Source of the DNA: Octopus sinensis
Taxonomy: Eukaryota
Direction of reading: 5' to 3'
NCBI RefSeq assembly: GCF_006345805.1
Contig: NC_043006.1
Span: forward strand, 77,004,001-77,068,000
DNA: 64,000 bases
Position 1 is the first letter of the stretch. Each line of letters opens with the position of its first letter. Positions 13,111 to 26,727 of this stretch are shown piece by piece. The position numbers and the translations under genes are program-made. The notes beneath the pieces were generated by a model that made no database searches, was not told the origin of the DNA, and saw only the letters and a list, made by a program, of their open reading frames with translations.

Positions 13111-14142
13111 TCTCTTATTATAAAAGGCAGATTTTATCTGCCTCCTTTGGGAGTTATACAATCTACAATATAGGATTCTTCAATTACAATTTACCTAGCA
13201 ATTTTAAAGAGTACAATGCATCGCGTCATGCCAGGTCCAGTTTTTAAAATTTAAACTCCAATTAAGCAAAATTTACAGAAAACTCACATTCTGGTGTGTG
13301 TGTCAAATGCTTTTCTTAGTCTGGTTTACACCACACGCAAACGCACACACACCAAAGGGAGCGAATTGTTTCACTTACGCTATCACCCCTTCTCCTCCTT
13401 TGTTGCAAGTTTGCAGCTATTAAGTGAAAACAGTGAATCCGACAGCGATAAAGAAAACGAATTGGTACCTGAATGGAGTGAAAATTTAAAAACTTGTTTC
13501 TTTCGGTGAGTTTTCTGAAGAAACTGGACCAAGCCACAGACTTTCCCAGAAGAGTAAAGCCTTAGACTATTTCTATTTACTTTTTTCGAATGACCCCATT
13601 TGAAATCATTACGGCAAAACGAAACGTTACGCTAAACGTAACAACCGAAAGAAAGGATAGTTTGTTATTTTCCCACAACCTTAATGAAATTAAGGCCTAT
13701 TTTGCCATAATATTATTATGGGTATCAGAAAGTTACCCAGAATAACAATTTCTATCGTAAAATTTTGTTGTATACCCAATTGAAATATTAGCTAATAACC
13801 CTTTTCTATAGCGATGTTTGAACAAAATTTTAATAATTTTACAGAAAGTTACCCAGATACAAAACGAGCCCTTCTGGGTATTACGCGCGTCTACGATGAG
13901 TCTACGATTTAAAAAAAATTACCATCATATTTTTTCATTTTAATGCATTTTTTTCGCTTTTATATAAGGGTAGTAACTCTCTAAAAATATCTACGATGTG
14001 TCAACGATTTAAGAAAAATTTTACCTTAATTTTTTTTCAATTTTTTAATGCATTTTTTTGCTACTTTTTGGCTATAACTCTCTAAAAATGCTTATATAGT
14101 TATTTCCCTTACAACCCGAGCAACGCCGGGCGATACTGCTAG
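13111..14142 (+). mobile_element. Non-autonomous Helitron carrying a piggyBac transposase fragment
   Basis: A^TC 5' end (13111), hairpin CCCGAGCAACGCCGGG, CTAG^T 3' end (14139-14142), no TSD; 3' part shared with 39481 and 58647 copies. Confidence 0.85.
13420..13760 (+). pseudogene. piggyBac/PGBD-type transposase N-terminal fragment, frameshifted
   Basis: Translation across frameshifts: SESDSDKENELVPEWSENLK..EFSEETGPSHRL..ALDYFYLLFSND..FEIIT..TKRYAKR..NEIKAYFAI..IMGIRKLPRI, matching the DYF.LFF / ETNRYA / EIKAF.G..ILMG pattern of DDE_Tnp_1_7 proteins. Confidence 0.75.
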
Positions 14143-14195
14143 TATATAGATAAACGTATATCACCCTGTCTGTCACTCTGTCTCTGTCTCTGCTA

Positions 14196-14240
<45 letters not shown>

Positions 14241-14482
14241 TCTCTGTTTATCTTTGAATCCTTCTCACCATCGCATTATTCCTCTTTAACTCTCCCTCTC
14301 TCCTAATCATGTAGCCAACATCTCCCGGTTTTCGGTTTTTCACCTCTTTTACATCTTTTTCTAGATTTCATTCTTCAGGTATGTGTAAGAGAAATATATA
14401 TATATATTTTATATATATATATATATATATCTATATATATATATATATATATAGTACATATACATATATACAATATATATCT

Positions 14483-14520
<38 letters not shown>

Positions 14521-14638
14521 ACATATATATACACATACATATATATATATACATATACATATACATATATATATATATATATTATATCTCTCTATATATA
14601 TATATATATACGCATATATATGTATATATGTATGTATG

Positions 14639-14683
<45 letters not shown>

Positions 14684-15735
14684 GTATGTATACATATATA
14701 TGTTATGTATACATATTTATGTATGCATGTATACATATATATGTATGTATATATATATATTATATATATATATATATATTATATATTATATATATATATC
14801 TATATATATATATATATGTTATAATTTTCATCTAAGGATTCTTCATTTTGGTGTTTGTTATCTGTACCAAATTTTTCTATCATCTGACGTGAAATAAGAA
14901 CAGCAAAAACCAACCGCAACATTAAAGCAGCGACAAAAACAACAGTAAAAAACAACATACATCACCAATCTAAAAGAAAAATAAACGACAAACAAATTTT
15001 AAAAAATAATAAAAACGAATGTCAGCAAAATAAATACAACCTTCCAGAAAGGATATCTCAACAAAATTTAAGAACCTTGAAGATTTGCGTGATCAAAGCC
15101 CTAGCCCCACGTCATTTTAGTTTTTCTTCTTTTTATTGCTAGCAATGTTTGATGGATTCTCTTTCTCTGAGAAACCGAGGTTTTATCTTCAGTGGAACTG
15201 TATCTAGCTAATAACATCAAAAGTAACCGATAGAGAAATGAGGAGACGATCCAAGCAAGCAATCTTCTACGAAATAATAATTGCTTCGTGTCTTTGCGCA
15301 TATTTCCACTTGTGTGACTACATACACATACCTACACACAAACACATACGCAACACACAACACATACACTCTCTCTCTCTCTCACACACACATATATACT
15401 CATTCACACGCACATGCATCATAACTGTGTGCGTGCACAGGTGAGTCTGAAAAAAGTGCTTTCTTTTCAGTTCTGAAAACAATTTAGGTTCTTCAATCCC
15501 CCAATCTTCGCAAAATGTAATTGCAATTTTTGTGCACGTACATTATTTTCGGCAAGCTTAGACAAAATCCTGAGCAGCCATATATTATCAAGTTAACGTA
15601 CTCGCTTACACCCATTTCTGAATTTGTGCACATGCACGCGCATATATATATATTGATAGAAATGGCAAGACAACCAAAGAATGAAAGAGACTTCGATATT
15701 ATATAAATAGAGAAATATATCTGTAAATACAATAC

Positions 15736-15827
15736 GTGACAATTATTCGGTAGCTGTGATAAAACTCCGAGTTCCTACCCGACATCCAAAACTCGGAGTT
15801 TTATCACGGTTACCGAGTAATTGTCAC
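15736..15827 (+). repeat. Inverted repeat with 38-bp arms and 16-nt loop (hairpin or mini-MITE)
   Basis: Arms 15736-15773 and 15790-15827 are complementary except for three transitions. Confidence 0.9.
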
Positions 15828-15849
15828 ATATATATACATACATACATAC

Positions 15850-15880
<31 letters not shown>

Positions 15881-16036
15881 CGTGCGTGTGTTTATATATA
15901 TGCATGTGTGTATATATATGTATCTATATATACTTATATATAACATATAGATAGATACATATGTATATATATATATATATATTATATATATATATAATAA
16001 ATGTAATATATATATGTATATATATAAGTGTGTGTG

Positions 16037-16112
<76 letters not shown>

Positions 16113-16363
16113 AACATATATATGTATATAACATATAACACACACACACACAGAAGCGAAGGAAGACAAACTCGCCGGACATAATTTTTAAAGAGGAACA
16201 TTTCTTCCACTATCACCAGCGTCTCTTGTGTTGTAAAAAAAAAACATTCTTTGCAGAGAAGAGTCATCGTTTAGAGAAACTGAAGAGATGTTTAGTTCAC
16301 GCTAGATATGAAACCAATGGTCTTTTTCTAAACTGTTAGGTCACATACAAATATATATATTAT

Positions 16364-16452
<89 letters not shown>

Positions 16453-17267
16453 CTATATATATATATATATATATTAATATATATATATATAAACAGCATA
16501 ATGAATGTATATGCATTATCAGAGTTAGCTTATACTCTCAAACATTCTGGTACACGCCAAAAGTTGCAGACTGCAATATGCATATTTAATAATTGATCGT
16601 TTAGTTCATAGACTAAAATGCTGCAGAAATAATGGAATTATGTATCATTCTAGTCGTTTCAATGCCAGAATACCTTTCTAGCTTTGCAATGTGAAACAGT
16701 TGGAACTTACCAGGCTATATAATATGCGTGTAAGCTAAATAAATCTTTCATAACGCATCTTTATCGCTTACTAGCTTAGAAGCCGCTCTCTATGCGGATT
16801 TTATAATTGCTCCAGCAGATGGCTAACATATTTTTCGGCTATCAATATAAAGTTTTAGTCCATCGTTGATTATATGAACTCTTAGAAGTCTCGATAAAGC
16901 AGTTTTAGCAACATCTCTTCTCACACAGGCAACCTAGATCAAATTACAATTCTTAATTTCATCAACACTTCCAGTTAAAAGCAAAATAATACTAAAATGG
17001 CGGCAAGTTAACTGGAGTTACGCTATTCGTCCTTTGAGACCAATAGTGTTAAAAGTATGATAAAAATTGATGATAAACTATGGGAGTTATTCAGGTAAAA
17101 CAATGAATAATGATATAACCACAACAGAAATCTACTTTTAGAAAATCTTTAATTGGCTTTACATGATCTGATAGACTGCGATAAAATTACATGTTAACGC
17201 GTTAGGAGTAATCTAGACTTTACAATAAATAAGAAAGAACAGATTGCAATAATTAACAATATAAATG

Positions 17268-17456
17268 CAGACATGTCTGTTTGGTTAAGATGTGTTATCT
17301 TTGAATCAATGTGGCTTCTGGATCCGTGGCTGCATCGCTACGTCGGTGTCTTCCAATACGGCCTGGAGACGATCAGAGCCTTGTGAGTAAATTTGGTGGA
17401 CGACAACTGTGCAGAAGGCCGTTGTGTAACCGTGAGTGTGCATTTGTGTGTGTGTT

Positions 17457-17500
<44 letters not shown>
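17268..17500 (+). mobile_element. SINE family B, degenerate 5' half plus (TG)n
   Basis: AGAGCCTTGTGAGTAAATTTGGTGGACG motif. Confidence 0.6.
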
Positions 17501-17515
<15 letters not shown>

Positions 17516-17739
17516 TTAAGGGCGAAGGGTTCGATTTGTTGATAGGTTGGCTTTACAACTGCGTGGTCTTGGGTCCGATTCCACTGATATTTTCTATAGT
17601 CTTAGGTCGACCTATACATGGTGAATAAAGTTATGTAGATGGTAATGGTAGAGAAACGCTCTAGTGGATTGTAAGTATAACCTTGAATGACAGAAGTCTA
17701 CTACGCACGAAGAGAGATAGAAGAATAATAGATTGATAG

Positions 17740-17797
17740 ATCGCTCGATCAATCGATAGATAGATAGATAGACCGATAAACAGACGGATAGAGAGAC

Positions 17798-17839
<42 letters not shown>

Positions 17840-17840
17840 T

Positions 17841-17911
<71 letters not shown>

Positions 17912-18245
17912 GGATAGACAGATAGATAGACAGTCAGAAAGATACATAGAAATACAGATAGATAGATTTTAGAGAGATGATAGACAAATGGATAGATAGA
18001 AAGATAGATAGCTAGATAGACAAAGAGAAAGACAGACGGATAGATAGATAGACTGTCAATCAAACAGACAAACAGTTAAGTAGACAGATATACGGATGGA
18101 TAAATATACAGACAGACAGACAGACAGACAGATAGATATACAAACAAACAGACGGACAGATAGACAATCAGTTAGACAAACAGATATATAGATAGAGAGA
18201 CAGACAGATATACAGACAAACAATCCGACAGACAGACAGATAGGT
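17740..18245. repeat. (GATA)n/(GACA)n microsatellite
   Basis: Direct. Confidence 0.95.
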
Positions 18246-19112
18246 GAACAGATGCAAACATACAGTGTTGTTCAACTCTCTTTTCAACACACCATTAACA
18301 TCAACACTTCCCCAGGTTAGAGGCAATCTTTCAACAATTACTATTAATGTTTATTACATGTAAGGTTCATCACTTGTCTATATATTTTTAACGTTCGTTT
18401 TTCACTCTCTTTAAATTGCCGATAAATTCATTTCCTGAAATAACATACTAGCGAGATTCTTTACCTTCAACACACATATATATATATACGTATACATACA
18501 TACATACATACATACATACATACACACATACACACACACACAAACACACACAAACACACATACATACATATATATATATATTTTTTCTGTTTTGGTTTTA
18601 TTTTACAACACAGAGAGACCGCTAAATGTTTTCTTGTGCTCTTTGAAAGTATAGTGGAAAAAAATGGGAACCACGTCACTTTCTGAAGATGTACTCGTAG
18701 ATATATAAGTACGTAGGAGAGGGAGAGAAAGTATGAGTACGTGCGCATGTGTGTGTCTGTGTGTATTGTAATGCGCTATTCATTGGTTGCATGTGGCTTG
18801 CTATGCACGTATGAGATTATATGTATAAGCATGTATCTGTGTGTTGGGGTGTATATTTATGTGTAAATATGTATGTGTATATATGTCTGTGGGTCTACGC
18901 GTGTCCTCGCGTTTATATGTGTGAGTGTATATATATGCATGTGAGTGTGTATGTATATGTGTGATACGAAACGTTCACAAAGAGAACAAGCATGTTCATA
19001 TTGGACTTCGCGTGGTTTTGTCTAAAAACGCCTTTTTTATATACGTGTACGTATATACAACACGAGCATACTACACATACACACAGACACACACACATGC
19101 GCGCACACACAC

Positions 19113-19154
<42 letters not shown>

Positions 19155-19354
19155 ACATATGCGTTTGAATTTAACACCGAAAGAGTAAAAAGTACGAAAC
19201 GTCAATTTGTCGTTTCTGTGGATTTCCCGTTTCTGTCACGAACCTGACCGAACGTGATATTAACAGGAAACTCGGAGTACTGAAGGATCAGATAACACGG
19301 GTACACACATTCGAACACACATACATACACACACACATAGATACATGTAGATAA

Positions 19355-19428
<74 letters not shown>

Positions 19429-19759
19429 CTATATATATATAGATAGATAGATAGATAATTAGATCGATATAAACACAAATATAAACAAATATGTGTGTAT
19501 ATATATATGCACCCATACATACATGCCCGCACAAACGCAAACACGTGCACACACATATATACAGTAGATAGAAACCCACGAATGGAGGCTGTGGAATCTT
19601 AGTTTATATGTGCAAAATATTTAGTGAGTGAGAATGCACCGTAACTCAACAAGTGGGAGGTACCGATGACTCTATGGCAGTGGATAACTCTAGGATTCAG
19701 ATGGTGTAGATACACAAAAATCTGAGGGACTGTTTGCTGTTATAACCCTGGTCCAACTA

Positions 19760-20115
19760 ATGACTGCGACCATGTTGGAGCAGCGCCTTTAGTCGAACAA
19801 ATCGACCCCAGGGCAAATTCTTAAGCCTAGAACTTATTTTATCGGTCTCTTTTTGCCGATCCGCTAAGTTACGAGGAAGTAAATGCACTAACATCGGTTC
19901 TCAAGTGATGATGGTGGGACAAATACAGATACACAAACATACACACACACACATATATATGACGGACTTCCTTCAGTTTCCCTCCATCAAATCCACACCC
20001 AAGCCTTTGGTCAGCCAATAAAAGACACTCTTGCCAAAGATGCGATGCAGTGGGACTGAATCCAGAACCATGTAAATGGTAAGCAAGTTATTTACCACAC
20101 AGCCACTCCTGCTCC
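19760..20115 (-). mobile_element. SINE family B, near-complete copy
   Basis: Reverse complement of head (CACAGCCACTCCTGC), body and tail (CATGTTGGAGCAGCGCCTTTAGTCG). Confidence 0.85.
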
Positions 20116-20522
20116 TGTGTGTGTGTGTATTATACGAAGAGTGAGTAAGTGAGAGAGAGAGAGATGTAAAAGGAGAGAGGGTGAGATTAAAAGCAGACTC
20201 ACTGGCAGACAGATAGCCATACCAGACTTCAAATAATATGTAAACCAATATACGTCCCTGCGGTAGTCTTTACAATTTCGCATTCATCAAACGTCTGGTT
20301 ACAAATTCTCCTCTGGGTAACATCATTCTACATCCACATCTATTTTATAACTGGTATTCTGAGCGACAATAATTTTTGAAAGGAAAACTTTGCTTCTCAA
20401 AGGCAGTTTCACCAGTTACACACGAGTTTTACTTCAATAATTCGAGTGCATTTTTATTCTCCCACCTTTTGTTCCATTTGTCTATTGTCTGTTTTATATA
20501 CAAATAATACGTACATATATAT

Positions 20523-20553
<31 letters not shown>

Positions 20554-20583
20554 ATATATATATATATACAGATATATATATAT

Positions 20584-20629
<46 letters not shown>

Positions 20630-20856
20630 TATATGTGTGTGTGTGTGGTGTGTGTGTGTTGTTGTGTGTATAATCAAAATAAGCAACAAGGATATCCTCT
20701 GGATATCCTTGTTGCTTACTTTAATTTTAATCGTCTTACTTTGAAATTGTATGGATAAAACAGAACTTAATTCCGGTGCCTCAACTTAAGTACCATATTC
20801 ATCTCAATCGAAATTGTTGCTAAACTGTTCTACCATACCCAAGGTATATATTTATT

Positions 20857-20887
<31 letters not shown>

Positions 20888-20893
20888 GTGTGT

Positions 20894-20925
<32 letters not shown>

Positions 20926-20981
20926 ATGCATGTATGTATATGTATGTGTATATGTATTTGTGTATGTGTGTGTGTGTTTAT

Positions 20982-21330
20982 GTAGAGGCCCAGTGATTAT
21001 GGTAGCGGACTCGCAGTTGTAGGGTGTTGCGAGTGTTTATTGAACGAAACCACCTACAGCTCCACGAAGTTCCGGTAGGGGGTGGTGGTGATCCATGCTG
21101 TACTCTTTCACCACAACTTTCTCTCACTCTTTCTTACTGCTTCTGTTGTACCTGCATGTCAAAGGGTCAGCATAGTCACACACTGTATCACGCTGAATCT
21201 CCCCGAGACCTACGTTAATGGTACACGTGTCTGTGGAGTGCTCAGCCACTTGCATGTTAATTTCACGAGCAAGCTATTCTGTTTATCGGATCAACTGGAA
21301 CCCTGGTCGTCGCATCCGATGGAGTGTCCT
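20982..21330 (+). mobile_element. SINE family C, tail type 2
   Basis: Shared core GCTGTACTCTTTCACCACAACTTTCTCTCACTCTTTC followed by a distinct tail (GAATCTCCCCGAG..GTCTGTGGAGTGCTCAGCCACTTGC). Confidence 0.8.
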
Positions 21331-21331
21331 G

Positions 21332-21389
<58 letters not shown>

Positions 21390-21391
<2 letters not shown>

Positions 21392-21440
21392 CCTTAAAAT
21401 GTTTTTAGCCCGAAGGCTGCGGCCATGCTGGGGCACCAGC
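21390..21440 (-). mobile_element. Extreme 3' end of the CR1-like LINE family
   Basis: Reverse complement GGTGCCCCAGCATGGCCGCAGCCTTCGGGCTAAAAACATTTTAAGGA matches 45571-45620. Confidence 0.8.
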
Positions 21441-23294
21441 ATATATATATATATATAATCTTTGTGCGCGTTCTGTGTGCGTCTGTGTGTGTGACTATGT
21501 TCTGATCTCACGGCTAAAACTAGCAGATAAAAATATCCAGATAACTAATACGCTCTTCTGTTGATAGCATTGCTTTACTTGAATATCTGTAATTAAAATA
21601 TTGCATATATTGTGATAAATGTCTCTGGGACTCAATTCTAAAGTTTCAAATGCAAGACTTATTTGAAAACAAGAACACAAAAGAGTTATAAACTGAAATA
21701 ATTTACACAAACATCCTTCGCGCGAGCGTGTGTTTGTTTGCGCGCGTGTGTTTGTTTGCGCGCGTGTGTGTGGGGTGTTTGCGTGGGTGTATATATATAT
21801 ATAAATTTAAAATGAGGGTGAGAAATTAGATACAAATTTAATTAACATCGATTTCATATCAGTGGTCTAGCATATAAAAAACTGAAGGTTCAGTAAAATT
21901 GTATTAAAATACATATTAGTGGGAAACCACTATGTGGACACCCTCATGCTATGATCCGCTATGGTCTTACCACGAAGAAATGTATATATATATATATAAG
22001 GTGTGGCATGTAAATATCAGTATTAGTGGGCAGCTATTTTTTTTTTTTTTTCTAACAGATTTTTGGTGGGACTTTTGTTTTTTAATGTTGAAATTTAATC
22101 TGATCATTTGAACGAAAATCACTCTCTGAAATGCCTTTTCTAGTTATGAATAGAAAACACTTTGATTTAATCATTTCATCGGGTATTCAGACAAATGCTT
22201 TTCGCAATATGTAGGTAAATATTTCTATATTCCTAGTGATGCATTGATAAATTGTATTCATGTTTATTAATGCCGGAAATATTTCAGAACACTTTTGTAA
22301 CCTCATGTTGCTACCTACGCCAAAAATCTACATAACTATAGATTAATCAGCGTATCTTGCTGGTAACGCTTGCCATAACTTGCTTAGATCCGTTTATGAT
22401 GTCTATTTTCACAAAGCGTTTTTAACACCCAGTTCTGTTTTATACATGTAATGCAAATGAAGTTTTACTTCGACGATTGTTGTGTAAATGAGTTTTGCGA
22501 TTGCGTACTCTGTATTAATTCATGTTTAATGGGAAGAAGAAATAGCTAGCAGCCCTACAATAGTAGGCGAGATAATTTAAAAACGAAAAAAACAAAAATG
22601 AGTATTTATCTCTCGAGTTAACATATATATTTAGGGGAAAGTGAGATTTTGTTTGCAGATAACTGACAAATAATCGCATATTTCAATAGTTTAAACGCCG
22701 TCTGTTTGCTTCATATACAGGTAGATTTTAACTATCGCTGCGATTTTATGCTAGCCTCGCTTTGAAAAATAGGCGCCACGTTTAAAATTGCATACTCAAC
22801 CGAAAACAATTTGGATACACGTATTTTGCTATGTGATATTACAAATATTTTAAACACAATGATTTATTGTGTTAAATTACAATACATTAAATTATAATAA
22901 GGATTTGTTGCTCTTGGAATCTATTACATGCATCGTCTCAAAAAAGATATTCTTAACATATATATTAAGTATAAATCTTCTATATATAAAGAAAAGGCCT
23001 GGACGGATACAATACGGAAATGAATTCAGGTAATCTTTATTAATTCTGCAACTTACTGATATACTATTTTGGCATTTTCAATATGTGTTTCTCTTTGAAT
23101 GGCAGTAAAAATCTAACGTTAAATATTTTTGTTCACGTCAATGGTTCCAAATTTTCAATTGAAATTAGTCTGTCCTCATGATCACGTACGCTCATTCTAC
23201 ATAGTTACTAAACACCAAGGGTATATAGAATAAAATCTAACTGCATGAGCCAAAGTAATGTCTCGATTAATTTATCATTGCTAAAGAAGTAAAC

Positions 23295-23603
23295 GTGGAG
23301 GTGCAATGGCCCACTGGTTAGGGCAGCGGACTCGCGGTAGAAGGATGCGGTTTCGATTCCTACACCGGGCGTTGTGTGTGTTTATTGGGCGAAAACACCT
23401 AAAAGATCCACGAGACACCGACAGGGGGTGGTGGCGACCCCTGTTGTACTCTTTCGCCACAACTTTCTCTCACTCTCTCTTCCTGTTTCTTGAGTAACGC
23501 TGCGATGGACTGGCGTCCCGTCCAGATGGGGGGAACACATACGCCACAGAAACCGGGATTCCGAGCCCATGAGCCTGGCTAGGCTTGAAAAGGTCGACGT
23601 TTA
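23295..23603 (+). mobile_element. SINE family C, tail type 3
   Basis: A-box TGGCCCACTGGTTAG, B-box-like GGTTTCGATTCC, shared core, tail GCGATGGACTGGCGTCCCGTCCAG..GAAACCGGG. Confidence 0.85.
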
Positions 23604-23747
23604 TCGCTTTTTTAAAGAATTAAACCTATATAGTGGTCCCTGTCAGTACATATATATACAATTATGGGCTTTAACTGCAGCGTTACTGCTTTTTTAGCTC
23701 TCACCAATGTAGGTTATCTGACACCCTAGTCGTATTTAGTGACATAT

Positions 23748-23798
<51 letters not shown>

Positions 23799-25439
23799 TA
23801 TATATATATATATATATAAGGATAAGATAGTTATTTAAAATACCGATCTTATCAGGTGGCTAGCATGAAATAAAAACCTCAAAGGTAATAATTAATTATT
23901 TAAATTTTAATTAAGGGTATCTAACAGATACCGCCACGCTAGAAATAGCAGCCAAAACTGGACTCTGAAACCACATCAAATGTTCATACAGCACCAGGAG
24001 AGAAGACAATCACTTTAATTCGTCTGCAACACTTTCACTTTTCTTTTTCATACTTCCCGCCCTTACTTTTTCTCTTTCCTCTTTCTGACGAAAAGCCACC
24101 CAAAACTATTTTTGAACTTCACTCTAATACTTTCACTACATAAGTCCTTCTGACTTCTGTTGTTTTTATGTTTTCGTTTTGTTTCTATATTTTGTTTGCT
24201 TATATATAGATATATCTTAACATATAAAACAGTGTGTGTGTGTGTGTCCGCGCGCATATGCGTATGTTCCTCATGGATTTGAAAACTGACCTATGAGCTA
24301 TCAAAACATTCAGTAATCATTCAACTATCAAAAAAGTATGCTTTTTGCACAAGAACTCTTTTTTACTACAAAAACAACCTTGGAAATGGGGCGTATCGCA
24401 CACTTTTGAGGTCTTTCGCTAAGGAAGGCAACTGTGAACAATTTTTATGTTTTAGATAAAGCATAATGAGAAAATGTTTAAAATGCATGTAGATTAAATA
24501 GAGAATAGCACTTCGAAGAAATACCGTCAAATTTTTTAGTATTATTAGTAGATAATCTTTTAATATTTGTGTTTTGTTTAGTTCAGAGTTGCCACTGATG
24601 TAACAGACCCATCGCATAGTTTTTTTCTTGAAATACTGTAAATTTATGTTTTTCTTTTGATGAAAAGGTGTGTTTTAAGAGAGATTTGCCTGCTCTTTGC
24701 AGTTGCTCAAGTTACCACAGATAGACCCATGTATATACGTGTGTGTTTTTATTGTGGTGAAAAAAATACTTTTTCTCAGAATATTTTGCACAATAATTTA
24801 AGAAATCTGAACGTTTTTCTTACTGAGACTGAGATGTACATATAGTGTAATCTTGTGGTTAGTAATCAATTACCTTAAATTTGAAGCCATTAAGTTTTTA
24901 AGCATTATTTTAATGGGTTTAATCACAAGATTAAACCCATTAAACCAGGGTGTCCCCATGACAGGATATCACCTTGAAAAATTCAATTTATTATACTGAC
25001 CTCAGTACGTATTTCAATCTGGCATTTATTTTATAGATATCTGCTTCATGAACTCTAACCTTGGGACAGTGGGGCACAATATTCGATTTAAAAGCAAATG
25101 TAAACACACATAAAGACACAGACATATTATGTGCAAGAATGATTGCGTGATTGAGAAGTTTGTTTCTCAACCACAGGGTTCTACGTTCAGTCTCTTTGCG
25201 TCGTACCTAGTGCAACCACAGACTTGTGACTGACTTTGTGAGGTGGAAACTGCAACATTGTTAATCAGAAAAAAGACCGAAAGACATGTTTATAAAGAAG
25301 AATTGCTTGCTTCATACTCATCGTGTACCGATTCTGCTCATATGAAAGGAACAAATAATACAATGTGGCCGTAGGTCATAACAGCTAAGCAACGCCGGGG
25401 TGCATTATTAGTGTGTTGTGTATTATATATATATATATG

Positions 25440-25491
<52 letters not shown>

Positions 25492-26727
25492 GTGTGTGTG
25501 TGGTGTGTGTATAAGTATATATATATATATGTATATATAAGTTAATATGATAATATATATATATATATATTCTTATGCACATATGGAAGAAGAGAAAGAA
25601 ATGTAGTGACTTATGCTTATATGCTCATGCGTATATACGTACATTTATAAATGTATACATACATGCGTGTGCGTGTGTGCGCGTGTGTGTATTTAGGCGC
25701 TCGCGCGTGTATTTAATCACATACTGATAACAAAATTATCTCATAGAAGCCGTGTATGTTCCCGCAATTTTAATGAACTTACCATAACAAATTTTTTTGA
25801 AATAAAGCTGGTTTGTTTTCAGCTTTATATTCCGTATCGTTCCTATTGCACAAGCAGGCAATAGTTGTAGTCCTGAAGTCCTTTAATTCTCTTTGAATAT
25901 TTCATGGAATATTCCAGAAGAGATTTATGGATTTACTTCGGTTTTAAGCGAACGGAGATCAATTCCAGACTCTAGTGTGTATATATATATCTATCTCTCT
26001 ATATATGTATGTTTGCGTGGGTGTGCGTGCGTATGAACGTATGTACACACATATATATATATATATGAGTGAGCCTACCGATCTCCTAGTCTTTCACATG
26101 TGTGTGCGTGCGTTGGTTTTCATCTTTGGATGTACGCATATATGAATCTCTTGGAAATTCTGTTTGCGTGTTCTGCCTCTTCCAAGTAAGTATGGTGTAC
26201 GTATGTGTGCATAAGTATCTGCAAGACTTTTATATCTAATTTAAGTGAATAATTAATCAACGTTACTCATCTTACTGCCTGCAATGCTAATGTTGGCACA
26301 TTGTCAACTTCTTATACCACTAATAGCCAGCTATGTTGAAATGTCTCATGAACTACAAGTCCAGTTGGCACCAAATATTCAAACACACGTACCACAAGAA
26401 TTATTCACAGACACCCGTACAATGACGCACACCAATACCGAAATATGCACACAATCATACGCTTACACACACACATATACTCGTACATATACACACACTC
26501 AAAAACACAAAAACACGGACACGCATCCACATTTCATACACAAGAACCATAATTAAAGGAAATCTGTTATTGTTATTCCGAAGTAGCATTGAAAATTCTG
26601 TTTATGAACGAATTGAAACAGTTCTTGCACTGACGTAAGTAAAGCTGTAACGAATCAATAACGTAAATGCAGTAATCATGCATTAGATTTAAACATGTAT
26701 CTATGCATATTTATCAAATGTTTAGTT

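Noticed and set aside
16990-17100. AAAATGGCGG (YY1/Kozak-like) motif followed by a donor-like site
   Set aside because: ATG GCG GCA AGT TAA stops at once; a single motif is expected by chance.
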